Assembly: GCA_016839815.1 (NCBI GenBank)
Contig: JAEOTM010000187.1
Location: 37,214-101,213 of the forward strand
Length of the DNA stretch: 64,000 nucleotides
Origin: Candidatus Hodarchaeota archaeon
Lineage (GTDB): Archaea; Asgardarchaeota; Heimdallarchaeia; Hodarchaeales; Hodarchaeaceae
Reading direction: 5' to 3'
The translations under genes and the position numbers were made by a program. The notes below the pieces were generated by a model, which saw only the letters and a list, made by a program, of their open reading frames with translations, ran no database searches and had not been told where the DNA came from. Of this stretch, positions 17,252 to 27,570 are shown in pieces (the stretch's first letter is position 1; each line of letters begins with the position of its first letter).

Positions 17252-19408
17252 TTAGGGGTTTAATAATATACGAGTATCTACTGCTAGAACACCTTGATTC
17301 TGTTCAAATACTAATACTGGGTTGATTTCAATATCAGAAATATCTTTACATAATTGAATAATCTTACTTAACCGAAGAATGATGTCAATGCAGCCGCTGA
17401 TGTCTTTAGCTTCTTCACCCCTGACTCCAAGTAATAATGGATAAGAACGGATTTGTTGGATCATTTCAACAGCATCTGATCGTTTTACCGGAACTGCTCT
17501 AAAAGCGACATCTTTTAACACTTCAACATAAATTCCCCCTAAACCGAACATAACGGTGGGGCCAAATGTGGTATCAATTCTTGCGCCAATGATAGTTTCC
17601 ATAGCTTCGTCCATATTAATCATTCTGACAATTTCCACTCCCTCAATTATCGCATCAGGTTTATATTTTCGTACAGAGGCAAGAATGGCTTCATATGCAT
17701 CCAAAAGCTCTTCTCGATTTTCTAAATCAAGAGCTACTCCACCAGCATCCGATTTGTGTATAATATCCTTGGATACGATTTTCATGACTACAGGATATTT
17801 GACAACTTCTTCGGCGAAATAGATGACTTCCTCTAGATTTTTTGCCACATAACTTTTTGGTGTGGGAATTCCTGCTGCATCCATAACTCGTAATGCTTCG
17901 GGAACAAGTAAAAATCGTCGATTATCTGCTTTGACCTCATCAATAACCTTTTGAATAGTGTCTATATCGATTTCTGGATCATCTTGATCAGATATTTTGT
18001 CTTCAATGTGTGTTATATTATGATAATGTTTATACAAAGCACCAAGACAGCTTGCTGCCTCATAAACGTCCGAAAATATCGGAACACCTTTTGATTTCAA
18101 CGCAAATAATCCTTGTTCAAATTCTCCTCCTCCGAAAAATGAGAAAACAACTGGTTTATCAGGCTTATGATCCAAATATTGCTTTTGAACGACTGCTGCT
18201 AACTGATCTGCAGAAAATATGGCTGTTTCACATCCTAAAACGATAACAGAGTGAATATCAGGGCTATCTAAAGCTGTTTGGAGGGCTTGTTCATAAATCT
18301 CATTTGATGCTTGGCCTGTTATATCAACAGGGTTCTTAGTTGATCCAAAAGAAGGTGTTACCGGAGTAAAAATCTCTTTCAATACCTTATGGTCATCATA
18401 AAGCGTTACTCCATACAGCTCACATGCATCAGTAGCGAGAACACCAATTCCTCCTCCATTCGTGACAATGACGGTATTTTCCCCCGTGGGAAGATCCTTC
18501 TGGATAGCAAGGAATTTTGCCCAATTTAACGCTTCCTGTACACTTAAAGCTCTTAGTGCCCCAACTTGTCGTGCAATAATATCCGTAAAAACATTATCTG
18601 CTCCTGCTAAGGATCCAGTATGGGAGGCCGCTGCCATGGCACCTCGTTTGGATCTACCCGATTTGATTACTATTACTGGTTTAATCTTTGTTGCTCTTTC
18701 AAGAACCTTTGTTAATCGATCTCCATGTTTAAGACCCTCTATATACAAGAGAATTACTCTTGTATTGTCATCTGTGATAAAATATTCAATTAAATCAGCT
18801 TCGGCAATATCACTTTTATTTCCGACTGAGACAATAGCTGATAGTCCGATTCCTTCGGTAGCAGTTTTGCCAATCATTGCTACACCTAGAGCTCCTGATT
18901 GTGTGACAATTGCAACTGATCCATGCTCAATATGCTTGTAGCCGAAAGTTGCATTCACAGGGGCTTTAGCAGAGAAAATTCCAAAGATATTTGGGCCGAG
19001 TAATCGCATCCCATTCTCTCTTGCAAAATTAACTAATTCTAGCTCTTCATCAAGATTCCCAACTTCTGAGAACCCGCTTGTAATTATTGAGACAAATTTG
19101 GTTTTTTTCTTTGCACAACTTTTTAGTGTTTCAAATACGAACTTTGCTGGTACACAGATGGTTGCAAGATCAATAAAATCATCTATTGCCTCTATTGAGG
19201 GATATACTTTGCAACTAAGTATTTCTCCTCCTTTTGGATTAACAGGATAAATTTTCCCATGATATCCTGACGCGACAACGTTATCAACTACTTTATAACC
19301 GATTTTATTGGGATTCGATGATGCACCGATGATTGCTATTGATTTTGGTTCAAATAAATGCTTTATATGAGGACCTTTGGTTTTTGGCATACGATACTTG
19401 TTCTCCAT
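17252..19408 (-). CDS. acd: ADP-forming acetate/acyl-CoA ligase, fused alpha-beta
   Basis: IAIIGAS, GPNIFG, TQSGA, SHTGSLAG phospho-His motif, HKSDAGGV, EINP, DTR. Confidence 0.9.
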   Translation of the reverse strand: MENKYRMPKTKGPHIKHLFEPKSIAIIGASSNPNKIGYKVVDNVVASGYHGKIYPVNPKGGEILSCKVYPSIEAIDDFIDLATICVPAKFVFETLKSCAKKKTKFVSIITSGFSEVGNLDEELELVNFARENGMRLLGPNIFGIFSAKAPVNATFGYKHIEHGSVAIVTQSGALGVAMIGKTATEGIGLSAIVSVGNKSDIAEADLIEYFITDDNTRVILLYIEGLKHGDRLTKVLERATKIKPVIVIKSGRSKRGAMAAASHTGSLAGADNVFTDIIARQVGALRALSVQEALNWAKFLAIQKDLPTGENTVIVTNGGGIGVLATDACELYGVTLYDDHKVLKEIFTPVTPSFGSTKNPVDITGQASNEIYEQALQTALDSPDIHSVIVLGCETAIFSADQLAAVVQKQYLDHKPDKPVVFSFFGGGEFEQGLFALKSKGVPIFSDVYEAASCLGALYKHYHNITHIEDKISDQDDPEIDIDTIQKVIDEVKADNRRFLLVPEALRVMDAAGIPTPKSYVAKNLEEVIYFAEEVVKYPVVMKIVSKDIIHKSDAGGVALDLENREELLDAYEAILASVRKYKPDAIIEGVEIVRMINMDEAMETIIGARIDTTFGPTVMFGLGGIYVEVLKDVAFRAVPVKRSDAVEMIQQIRSYPLLLGVRGEEAKDISGCIDIILRLSKIIQLCKDISDIEINPVLVFEQNQGVLAVDTRILLNP

Positions 19409-19548
19409 GACCTAAAGCAAGTGGATCAAGATTTTTTTGATTCTAAGTAAATCTTAGCAGTAAATAGTAGGCTTTTTTTCGTTTATAATTGGAATTATCT
19501 CAGTAGTATATTTCTTTTGAGCTATATCTGAAAGTAATGAATCTCAGA

Positions 19549-21450
19549 TTAGAATGTCATCCTTAGTTCATAAACACCTTCAGAAAGTCGTTTATCAAGA
19601 TTAGGGAATAATTTTTCAAATAAAGCAAGCATTCCCCTATTTTCTAACAACACTTCAGCACTAAATCCAAGTAATCCAGCAGATTTCGCCAGATAAGTCA
19701 AATATTTCATTAATTCAGTGCCTATACCGTTTCTATGATGATCGTCTCGCACTACGAAAGCAGCTTCTGCGATATGGGAATGTTGGTCAATCCCATATTG
19801 ACCCACACCAATAATTTCTTGTGAGACACCTTTACTTAAGACTGCAAGAATGACCATCTCTTTTGAAAAATCAATAATACAGAAATCCTGTAATCGAGAA
19901 TGGGGAATATCCTTTCTAACACTCATAAATCGTCGATAAAGGGATTGGTCAGACAAATCATAAAAAAAGTCTTTTAACAAGGATTCATCACTAATTTTTA
20001 CAGGCCGAAGCATTATTTCAAGACCCCGTGAGGTTGTCCTCCATGTTTCTAAATGTTCTGGATATTCTCCTTTTTTTCCCGGGACGAAAGCCTGATCAGA
20101 GTAGATTAAATTGGCCTTTTTTGCTTCTTTTATCAACTGTGGTCTGAAACGTGGATGGGCAATAGAAATTAATTGCATGGCTCGTTCTCGTATGTTTTTT
20201 CCATGTAGGTAACCTATACCATATTCTGTGATTACGTAATGAATATCCCCTCGGTTGAGTGTTACACCCGCTCCTTCAGATAAGAAAGGGACAATTCTAG
20301 AGGTTTTTCCATTATCCGCTGTCGACTGAATAGTTAATATCGATTTCCCCTTATTAGCAAGGATAGCTCCGCGCATGAAATCTGCTTGACCTCCAATACC
20401 AGAATAAAAAGTTCTACCAATAGATTCAGAAGAGGCCTGTCCTGTCAGATCTATCTGTAATCCACTATTGATGGCGGTCATATTGGCGTGTTGAGCGATA
20501 TTTAATGGATTATTCGTGTATTCAATTTGTTTTAATTCAATTGAAGGATTATCATTAATAAAATCATAAGTCGACTGAGAACCCATACAGAACGACGCTA
20601 CAGACTTTCCACGATTCACCGTCTTTCTAGAGTTATCTATAACTCCTATTTTCATTAATTCAACAAGTCCATCGCTTACAAGCTCAGTGTGAACGCCTAA
20701 ATGCTTTTTATCTTTCAAATTTGTCATAACTGCGTTTGGTATACTTCCGTAGCCAACTTGTATTGTATCTCCGTCTTGAATTAATCGTGAAACATACTGT
20801 CCAATTTTATTTGCTACTTCGTCACTCGTAGGTTCCTGTATAAATTCTAAAATAGGTTCATCGTATGGGATAATATAGTCAATATCTTTTATGTGTAAAA
20901 ATCCATCTCCGTGAACTCGTGGCATTCTGCTATTCATTTGAGCAATTACAGTAGCTGCACTTTCGATTGCTGATTTAACAATATCAACTGAAACTCCAAG
21001 ACTAACATATCCATGATCATCAGGAGGCGTGACTTGGATTAAAGCGACATCTATCGGAACAAGTCCACTATAAAATAGACTTGGTGCGTTTGAAAGGAAA
21101 ATAGGTGTATAATCAGAAAGACCACTATTAACAGCTTCACGAGTAGGATTTGCAACGAAAAAAGAATTGTGACGAAAGTTTATTTGATAAGCAGTATCCG
21201 TATACGGGGTGACTCCCAAATTATACCAAGATAAAACCTCAGTATCAAAAAAAGCTTTTGGATGCTTTTCAAGATATTGAGCAAGTGAATTCATTAAGTA
21301 TTGAGGTTCACCACAACCTGTATGAACAAAGATTCGGTCACCTCTATGAATATTTTGGAAAATTCTTGCAAGTGATTCGAATTTTGATGGATATTGTTCG
21401 ATCAGTGCTGAATATACAGCATTTTTCTGATTTTCAGAAACCATTGACAA
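19549..21450 (-). CDS. Acetyl-CoA hydrolase/transferase fused to a C-terminal GNAT acetyltransferase
   Basis: LGVHTE and GIGGQADFMRGA; C-terminal RPVKISD...EAAFVVRDDHHRNGIGTEL. Confidence 0.9.
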   Translation of the reverse strand: MSMVSENQKNAVYSALIEQYPSKFESLARIFQNIHRGDRIFVHTGCGEPQYLMNSLAQYLEKHPKAFFDTEVLSWYNLGVTPYTDTAYQINFRHNSFFVANPTREAVNSGLSDYTPIFLSNAPSLFYSGLVPIDVALIQVTPPDDHGYVSLGVSVDIVKSAIESAATVIAQMNSRMPRVHGDGFLHIKDIDYIIPYDEPILEFIQEPTSDEVANKIGQYVSRLIQDGDTIQVGYGSIPNAVMTNLKDKKHLGVHTELVSDGLVELMKIGVIDNSRKTVNRGKSVASFCMGSQSTYDFINDNPSIELKQIEYTNNPLNIAQHANMTAINSGLQIDLTGQASSESIGRTFYSGIGGQADFMRGAILANKGKSILTIQSTADNGKTSRIVPFLSEGAGVTLNRGDIHYVITEYGIGYLHGKNIRERAMQLISIAHPRFRPQLIKEAKKANLIYSDQAFVPGKKGEYPEHLETWRTTSRGLEIMLRPVKISDESLLKDFFYDLSDQSLYRRFMSVRKDIPHSRLQDFCIIDFSKEMVILAVLSKGVSQEIIGVGQYGIDQHSHIAEAAFVVRDDHHRNGIGTELMKYLTYLAKSAGLLGFSAEVLLENRGMLALFEKLFPNLDKRLSEGVYELRMTF

Positions 21451-21584
21451 TCTTCTACCTATCAGTAAACTTTAATTAAGAATTAAAATTTGAATTCCGT
21501 GTATTGGCGAGAATATCAAGATGAATAAAGCTTATGCTTTACAATTTAGCCATTATAAACTTTTAAAATAACACACAAGTGCCT

Positions 21585-22682
21585 CTAATGTTTGTGCATC
21601 TCTCCCCCACAAAACATGCAATTAGACATATTTGTTTCTTTCATTGTTGAATAGCAATCAGGGCAAACACTTCGAAAACATGTAAGACACTGATAATGGG
21701 GATCTGCAATAGGTATTTCCCCCTCATGCAGGTAACATTTAATATTATTAGAACCAAGAATCAAATAATCATCTGAGGCAGTATCATAAGTTCCTGATGT
21801 GTCTAGGAATCCTTGAATTAATTGTTGTTCTACTAATGCTCTCAAAATCAGGTTTACTAGTGGAATTTCCAGTCTATTGAGCTGAGCAATACGAGATAAG
21901 GGTATTTGCTTTTCTCCTTCGATATCATGAATCATGGTAATTGTATCAAGAACAGCTTTTTTATGCTTGCTTATCTCCCTTTCTTGTTTCCTGAAATCAA
22001 GGAATGTTCGTGTATTATTCTTAAGGTCAGAAAATGACCATCGCCGTTTATTCAATTTCTTGATGTCGTTAAAGACTGATGAAGATACTTTTCTAACACC
22101 TTTAGTTGAAAGATTTGATTTTTGTGTCTGATAATAGTCTCCTAACGAAGAAACTGCACTTTTACGATCTACTAATGATTTTACATCTTCTTTCTTAAAA
22201 ATACGTGGGACAGGAATTAATTCGCCTTTACAGTAGGGACAAGTATCTGTTTGAACACTTTGATAACAGGAACTACAAATAAATCTTAAACAAGTTTCAC
22301 ATTGGAAGTGCAAGTTAAAAACAGAGTGTTCGGTTTGATCGATTTGGCAATAGTATGTATCTTCTTTAAGAACGAGAATCTGTTCATTTGATTCTGGATC
22401 TCTTTCAATGATCCCATCAATCAATCTTTGTGCAGTAAACTCCTGTATAATAAAGATAACATCATTTTCTGACAATTCAGTCTCTTTAACTACTTCTGTT
22501 ATTGCGATACGTCCCTCATGAAGTTTATGAAGCCGAGAGATTGTGATAAAAGTCCGTTTAATTGGATGCGAGGATATTTTATACTCCTTTTCGTAAGCCT
22601 GAAAATGTGTCACTTCAGAGTTGACGATTCGTGAGATTTTTTCAGATATTTTCTCTGAAAAGCTTCGATTAGGTTGATTCAT
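21585..22682 (-). CDS. Tandem (winged-helix + RING-like zinc finger) x2 protein
   Basis: CQID..CETC-x4-CSSC-x8-CPYC and CYLH..CLTC-x4-CPDC..CMFC, each preceded by a PCI-like winged helix ending LIxG. Confidence 0.6.
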   Translation of the reverse strand: MNQPNRSFSEKISEKISRIVNSEVTHFQAYEKEYKISSHPIKRTFITISRLHKLHEGRIAITEVVKETELSENDVIFIIQEFTAQRLIDGIIERDPESNEQILVLKEDTYYCQIDQTEHSVFNLHFQCETCLRFICSSCYQSVQTDTCPYCKGELIPVPRIFKKEDVKSLVDRKSAVSSLGDYYQTQKSNLSTKGVRKVSSSVFNDIKKLNKRRWSFSDLKNNTRTFLDFRKQEREISKHKKAVLDTITMIHDIEGEKQIPLSRIAQLNRLEIPLVNLILRALVEQQLIQGFLDTSGTYDTASDDYLILGSNNIKCYLHEGEIPIADPHYQCLTCFRSVCPDCYSTMKETNMSNCMFCGGEMHKH

Positions 22683-22956
22683 GGCTTAACTATTTCATAC
22701 ATTGAATTAATATTTAAGAATTGCTTTGCTGGAAAACGACAAGCCTTCAGATGCAGAATTCATACGTTTTTTTAACGGATAACCCATGAGCCACACTAAA
22801 AAACTCATTAGAACTTAATTTTCATTGTTATGTATTGTCCGAGGTGTTCCAATTCTACGTCTAAAATTAAAATGAAGGCCTCAAAAAGATCATTTCACAA
22901 AAAAACAAAATTTCTCTGTCCCAAATGTGGATTTATCAAAATGAAACCTCATTAAT

Positions 22957-23910
22957 ATGGTGAAACTCTTGGACTTGTCGCTTGGTGTCTCACTTAGTAT
23001 GACCCGCTTTCTTTCACAGGAGAAAACTCTCAACAGAGTAAATCAAATTAAGAAAGCTAAACTAAATTCAGTAGAATTCGGATTATTAAGTTGTGCCATC
23101 GGTCAAACAAGAATTCCAGGTATTAATCCATTTCCTACTGAAAAACAATCCAAATCTGTTGCAGAATTATTCGACAACTCTGAATATTATTTTTCTGTTC
23201 ATGCACCCTATCGAATTTCTGCTACAACTGAAGAAGAATCAAAGTTGAAGTATTCAAAATCAAACCTTTCAGCCACTTTAAAGGTTACAGACTGGCTTAA
23301 TGGACATCATGTTACGTTTCATGCAGGATCTTTTAAGAAAAAACATAACAACAGTCATGTAGAAAAAGTACTCAAAAACTGGGAGGAATGGAGGCAAGAA
23401 AAGGCTTATAATGCGAAATTAGCTCCTGAAGTCGGCGGAAAGTATAATAGTTTCGCTGATTTTTTTACTCTGGTAGAAATAACTGGAGGAATTGACAATT
23501 GTTTAATGACTTGGGATATAAGTCACGATTTTGCTCGTGGAGGTAATATTATTGATGAGGGAGCGATTTTAAATCGATTAGAGAAACTTGATCAAGCATT
23601 CGATCTTAATTCAACTAATCGCTTACCAATGCATTTTTCAGGCATGGTTGTCGGTAAAACTGGAGAGAAACATCATACACTTCTTGGGAAAGGAAATGGT
23701 GTCCCTTGGGAATTAGTTTTCTCCGTTTTGAAGGAACAAAACTTTCTCTCGAAAGTAAATCTTATCTGTGAAAGTAAAGTACCAAAAGGTGAAAAAATGA
23801 AAGGTAATTCAGTTTCAGACGCCCTTAAAGCGAGAGAGTTTCTAGAATCTAATCAAGTTGTTAAACAGTATAAAGGAAAGCCTGGGAATTTGGATTTTTA
23901 CTTTAATTAA
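22957..23910 (+). CDS. Endonuclease IV / AP-endonuclease family 2 TIM-barrel protein
   Basis: SVHAPY, TFHAG, APEVGGK, WDISHDFAR, MHFSG, KHH, ICES. Confidence 0.8.
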   Translation: MVKLLDLSLGVSLSMTRFLSQEKTLNRVNQIKKAKLNSVEFGLLSCAIGQTRIPGINPFPTEKQSKSVAELFDNSEYYFSVHAPYRISATTEEESKLKYSKSNLSATLKVTDWLNGHHVTFHAGSFKKKHNNSHVEKVLKNWEEWRQEKAYNAKLAPEVGGKYNSFADFFTLVEITGGIDNCLMTWDISHDFARGGNIIDEGAILNRLEKLDQAFDLNSTNRLPMHFSGMVVGKTGEKHHTLLGKGNGVPWELVFSVLKEQNFLSKVNLICESKVPKGEKMKGNSVSDALKAREFLESNQVVKQYKGKPGNLDFYFN

Positions 23911-23918
23911 TGGAAGAC

Positions 23919-25280
23919 CTATATTTTTTTCCTAAATGTTACGATTATGGTGCTTAAAACAAATAGGGCCACTATTTCAATCCCATAACTCGTTATAGAG
24001 CTGGTACTTTTCCCATTCGAAGAACTTTCATCCGATTTTGAGGTTGTGACTTCCGAAGTAGTTGAAATTTCTATTTTTGAAGATGTTTGATTATTGTCGA
24101 TTTTTTCAAGAATTGAGTAAATTCTTCCATCAAACGCACAAATGTAAATCTCTCCCTGATTGTCTAAACCAAAGGATGCAATATTGAGATTTGTATCTTT
24201 TACTAACATATTTTCGGTCGTAGTTCCATTTTTAGACAGCGCCCAGATTTTACCAGAACCATAGTCACCATAAATGTATTTAGCGTTTAAAGTTGGGTTC
24301 CGTAAACCATAATATACGTATCCACCAGTTATACTGTATCCCTCTAATCGATTATACTCCCAAATTGGAGTTATCAATTCTGTGGTATTACAGTTAGGAT
24401 TATTATAACAATGATTCCCCTCCTGCAAATTCCACCCATAATTTCCTCCCTTTTCAATTATGTCAATTTCTTCATACAGATTTTGTCCTACATCTCCAGC
24501 CCATAATAATGATGTATTATAATCAAAGCTCATACGCCATGGATTGCGTAAACCGTACGCATAGATCTCTTCACGAAAACCTTCCGCATTACCAACGAAT
24601 GGATTATCAGGGGGAATTGAATAATTTTTTTCTAAACTTTTTATGTCAATATTGATCCTTAGAATGGAACCTAAAAGAGATGTTCGATCTTGACCATTTT
24701 GATTTGGATCACCTGAACCTCCTCCGTCACCTAAAGCTATGTATAAATTACCATCAGGGCCAAAAGTTATTTCACCTCCATTATGATTACTGTGAGGTTG
24801 TGAAACTTCCAGAATGATAATTTCTGAGCTGATATTTGTTAGATTTTGATTATCCTCTCTCACTTTAAATTCACTAATTACAGTCCTTCTTGGAGAATCG
24901 CGGACATAATTCACATAGAAGAGACCATTCAAAGAAAATTCAGGGTGAAATGCTAAGCCCAATAAACCCTGTTCTCCTCCGTATAGAACTTGATCTTTAA
25001 TATCTAAAAAGACTGTGGTAGAATCATTACTCACAGAAGGGTCAATAATATGGACTTGGCCTGCTTGTTCAACCACGAATAATCTGGTATCGCCCGTATT
25101 GAATATCCCAACTGGTCTAGTGAAGCTGAGGTTGGGAAATGGCACTGAAAGGTCATAATCGGTTACTTCTTGGCGTGTAAATGAAGTAGAATAAGAAAAA
25201 TAACCTATAGCTGTAGTTAGAAGGAGAAAAGCTAAGAAAACAGATATTTTTTTAGCTCTAGTGATAGAAAAGTTCTTCAT
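23919..25280 (-). CDS. PQQ-dependent glucose/sorbosone dehydrogenase family, secreted, with C-terminal membrane anchor
   Basis: GLLGLAFHP, NHNGG, GDGG, YGLRNPWR; S/T linker + hydrophobic tail + RKK. Confidence 0.9.
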   Translation of the reverse strand: MKNFSITRAKKISVFLAFLLLTTAIGYFSYSTSFTRQEVTDYDLSVPFPNLSFTRPVGIFNTGDTRLFVVEQAGQVHIIDPSVSNDSTTVFLDIKDQVLYGGEQGLLGLAFHPEFSLNGLFYVNYVRDSPRRTVISEFKVREDNQNLTNISSEIIILEVSQPHSNHNGGEITFGPDGNLYIALGDGGGSGDPNQNGQDRTSLLGSILRINIDIKSLEKNYSIPPDNPFVGNAEGFREEIYAYGLRNPWRMSFDYNTSLLWAGDVGQNLYEEIDIIEKGGNYGWNLQEGNHCYNNPNCNTTELITPIWEYNRLEGYSITGGYVYYGLRNPTLNAKYIYGDYGSGKIWALSKNGTTTENMLVKDTNLNIASFGLDNQGEIYICAFDGRIYSILEKIDNNQTSSKIEISTTSEVTTSKSDESSSNGKSTSSITSYGIEIVALFVLSTIIVTFRKKI

Positions 25281-25408
25281 TCATAAAAACCAGATAAAAT
25301 TACCTTGGTAGAGATATAAGACTTGTTTTGCGAAAAAATTAGGTAGAGGTGGATTATCGAAACATTCTTGATTCCTTAGAATTTGAAAAGTCAAGAACAT
25401 TCTGAAAA

Positions 25409-26617
25409 ATGAAGGTGAAGAGAATAACCATTGTAAAGATCCCAGAACAAAGATTTGAGAAGCGTCAGAGGCATTTTCAAAAGATAATTAATGAAAAGGG
25501 CTTGGCTCATTTTATCGTGTTAAGTCCTAAGTCAATATATTATTTAACTGGATTTACGTTAATTCCTACAGAACGACCCTTTTTTCTAATCTTCAAAAAT
25601 GATGAGCTCAATTTTTTTGTCCCTGAACTGGAAAAAATACATGTATTGGAAGAAGTTCCAGGAGTAAAGGAAGTAGGGAGCTACTTTGAATATCCCGACG
25701 AAGTACATCCTTTGATCCATTTTTCAAAATTTCTCAAAAATTCTTTGAAAATTACGAGTAAGATCGGAGCAGAAGGAGGAGGCGCTTCAGGTTTATGGGG
25801 TTATCAAGGGCCATCATTTAAAGAAGTGTTAAAGATACCAGTAGCAATTCATCCAGAGATTATCACTAACATGCGAATTTTAAAAGATGCGGATGAACTC
25901 GCCTGTATTCGAGAGAGTGCGAAATGGGGAGGTATTGCACACGAATTACTCCAACAATATACCCATGAGGGAGAAAATGAAATCGATGTATCGTTTCAGG
26001 CATCCCATGAGGCCTCAAAACGGATGAGAGCAGAACTCGGCCCTGATTATTCACCGATTGGATATGGTTCTCGGCCTTGTGGTGCAGGCTATCGGGGTCA
26101 AATTGGAAGTTATAGTGCTATACCACATGCCATGACAAGGAATGCAATATTTCAGAAGGGCGATACATTAGTAACAGGGGCAAGTGCTAATATTGCAGGA
26201 TATTTATCCGAACTTGAACGAACAATGTTTCTAGGGGAACCAACTGAGAAGCAGAAAGGATATTTTGCAATAATGATGAAAGCTCAAGAAGTCGCGTTCA
26301 ATACGTTAAAGCCAGGTACCCCTGTATCGGAAGTAGATAGAAATTGTCGCAAAGTCTTTAAAGAGAACGGAGTCATGGATCTTGTCCAACATCATACCGG
26401 ACATGCGATAGGATTAGAAGCTCACGAACGACCATTTCTAGATAAAGGAATGACTCAAGTAATAATGAAACAGGGTATGGTGTTCACTGTCGAGCCTGGA
26501 ATATATGACAGGTCTATTGGTGGATTCAGACATTCAGATACCGTCATTATTACAGAAGATGGTAATGAGCGAATAACGCAATATCCTCGTGAACTTGATC
26601 AATTGACCATAATGTAG
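25409..26617 (+). CDS. Xaa-Pro peptidase (M24 family)
   Basis: HHTGHAIGLEAHE, TVEPGIY, GFRHSDT. Confidence 0.9.
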   Translation: MKVKRITIVKIPEQRFEKRQRHFQKIINEKGLAHFIVLSPKSIYYLTGFTLIPTERPFFLIFKNDELNFFVPELEKIHVLEEVPGVKEVGSYFEYPDEVHPLIHFSKFLKNSLKITSKIGAEGGGASGLWGYQGPSFKEVLKIPVAIHPEIITNMRILKDADELACIRESAKWGGIAHELLQQYTHEGENEIDVSFQASHEASKRMRAELGPDYSPIGYGSRPCGAGYRGQIGSYSAIPHAMTRNAIFQKGDTLVTGASANIAGYLSELERTMFLGEPTEKQKGYFAIMMKAQEVAFNTLKPGTPVSEVDRNCRKVFKENGVMDLVQHHTGHAIGLEAHERPFLDKGMTQVIMKQGMVFTVEPGIYDRSIGGFRHSDTVIITEDGNERITQYPRELDQLTIM

Positions 26618-26629
26618 AGGTGAAAAATA

Positions 26630-27010
26630 CTGTCGGAACTTCTACTACAAGGGATTGAATTCATAAGACATGTTGAGAATGAAAAAGCAATTGATGTATT
26701 AAAAAAGGCTATAGAAGTCGATCCGCAGAATCCCGAGGCCTATCGACACCTCGGATTAGCATTTTTTAACGTTGGAGAATATTCCAATGCCCTAGAAAAC
26801 TGGAATCATTGTCTAGATTTAGATCCGAAACATCACCCTACATGGTGGAATCTTGGTCAGCTACACGAGATTTTAGGTGATTTTGAAAAATCTCATCATG
26901 CTTATACAAAAGCAGAATCTACTGCTGACGATGATCCTGCGAAGGCTATAAGATACAAAGAATGGGCTAAAAAAATGCAGAATAAACTCAGTTTGAATAA
27001 GAACTACTAA
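26630..27010 (+). CDS. Tetratricopeptide-repeat protein (126 aa) with non-canonical CTG (or ATA) start
   Basis: Absent from the ORF track. Manual translation LSELLLQGIEF...AIEVDPQNPEAYRHLGLAFF...LDPKHHPTWWNLGQL gives ~3 TPRs. SD GAGGTGA at 26617-26623, with an in-frame TGA at 26621. Confidence 0.8.
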   Translation: MSELLLQGIEFIRHVENEKAIDVLKKAIEVDPQNPEAYRHLGLAFFNVGEYSNALENWNHCLDLDPKHHPTWWNLGQLHEILGDFEKSHHAYTKAESTADDDPAKAIRYKEWAKKMQNKLSLNKNY

Positions 27011-27029
27011 TATGATAGGTTATGGGTAC

Positions 27030-27548
27030 ATGAAGCAACAGGAAATCAAAGATCAAATAATTGAAATCATTCAAGGATTGCGAGTCTATGGCCATTGGAT
27101 GTTAGAGGATCTTACAAAAGAAGAAATACTTTGGCAACCTGATAATACTAATGCTCGTACAATTCAAAGTTTCTTACGACATATCGTTAATGCGGAGGTC
27201 TTTTGGTTAAAGCACTTAAGTGATGAAACTTTTTCTTATGAACCAAAGTCAATTAACTTTCAGAAATTATTACAAACTTATGATAAGCTGGAAAATCATT
27301 TTATTACCTGTATTCAGAATGCGAACGATACTGATCTTGAGTTTCACACCCCTAAGTATGAGGGAGAGGTGTTAGTAAGCCCAGGAACTATCAGTTGGGT
27401 AATTTTACGGACATCATTACATTCAATTCATCATTTCGGTCAAATCGCACATATCCGTTACTCAATGGAGAAACCTCCAAATAAAGAGACACAGAAAATA
27501 TCATGGGGAGAAGCAATGGATATTGTTGTAAAAGCCATGCTTCTCTAG
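27030..27548 (+). CDS. DinB/YfiT-like protein
   Basis: LRHIVNAE.FW and HSIHHFGQI metal His motifs. Confidence 0.8.
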   Translation: MKQQEIKDQIIEIIQGLRVYGHWMLEDLTKEEILWQPDNTNARTIQSFLRHIVNAEVFWLKHLSDETFSYEPKSINFQKLLQTYDKLENHFITCIQNANDTDLEFHTPKYEGEVLVSPGTISWVILRTSLHSIHHFGQIAHIRYSMEKPPNKETQKISWGEAMDIVVKAMLL

Positions 27549-27570
27549 AGAGGTATTAAAAATGATTTTA

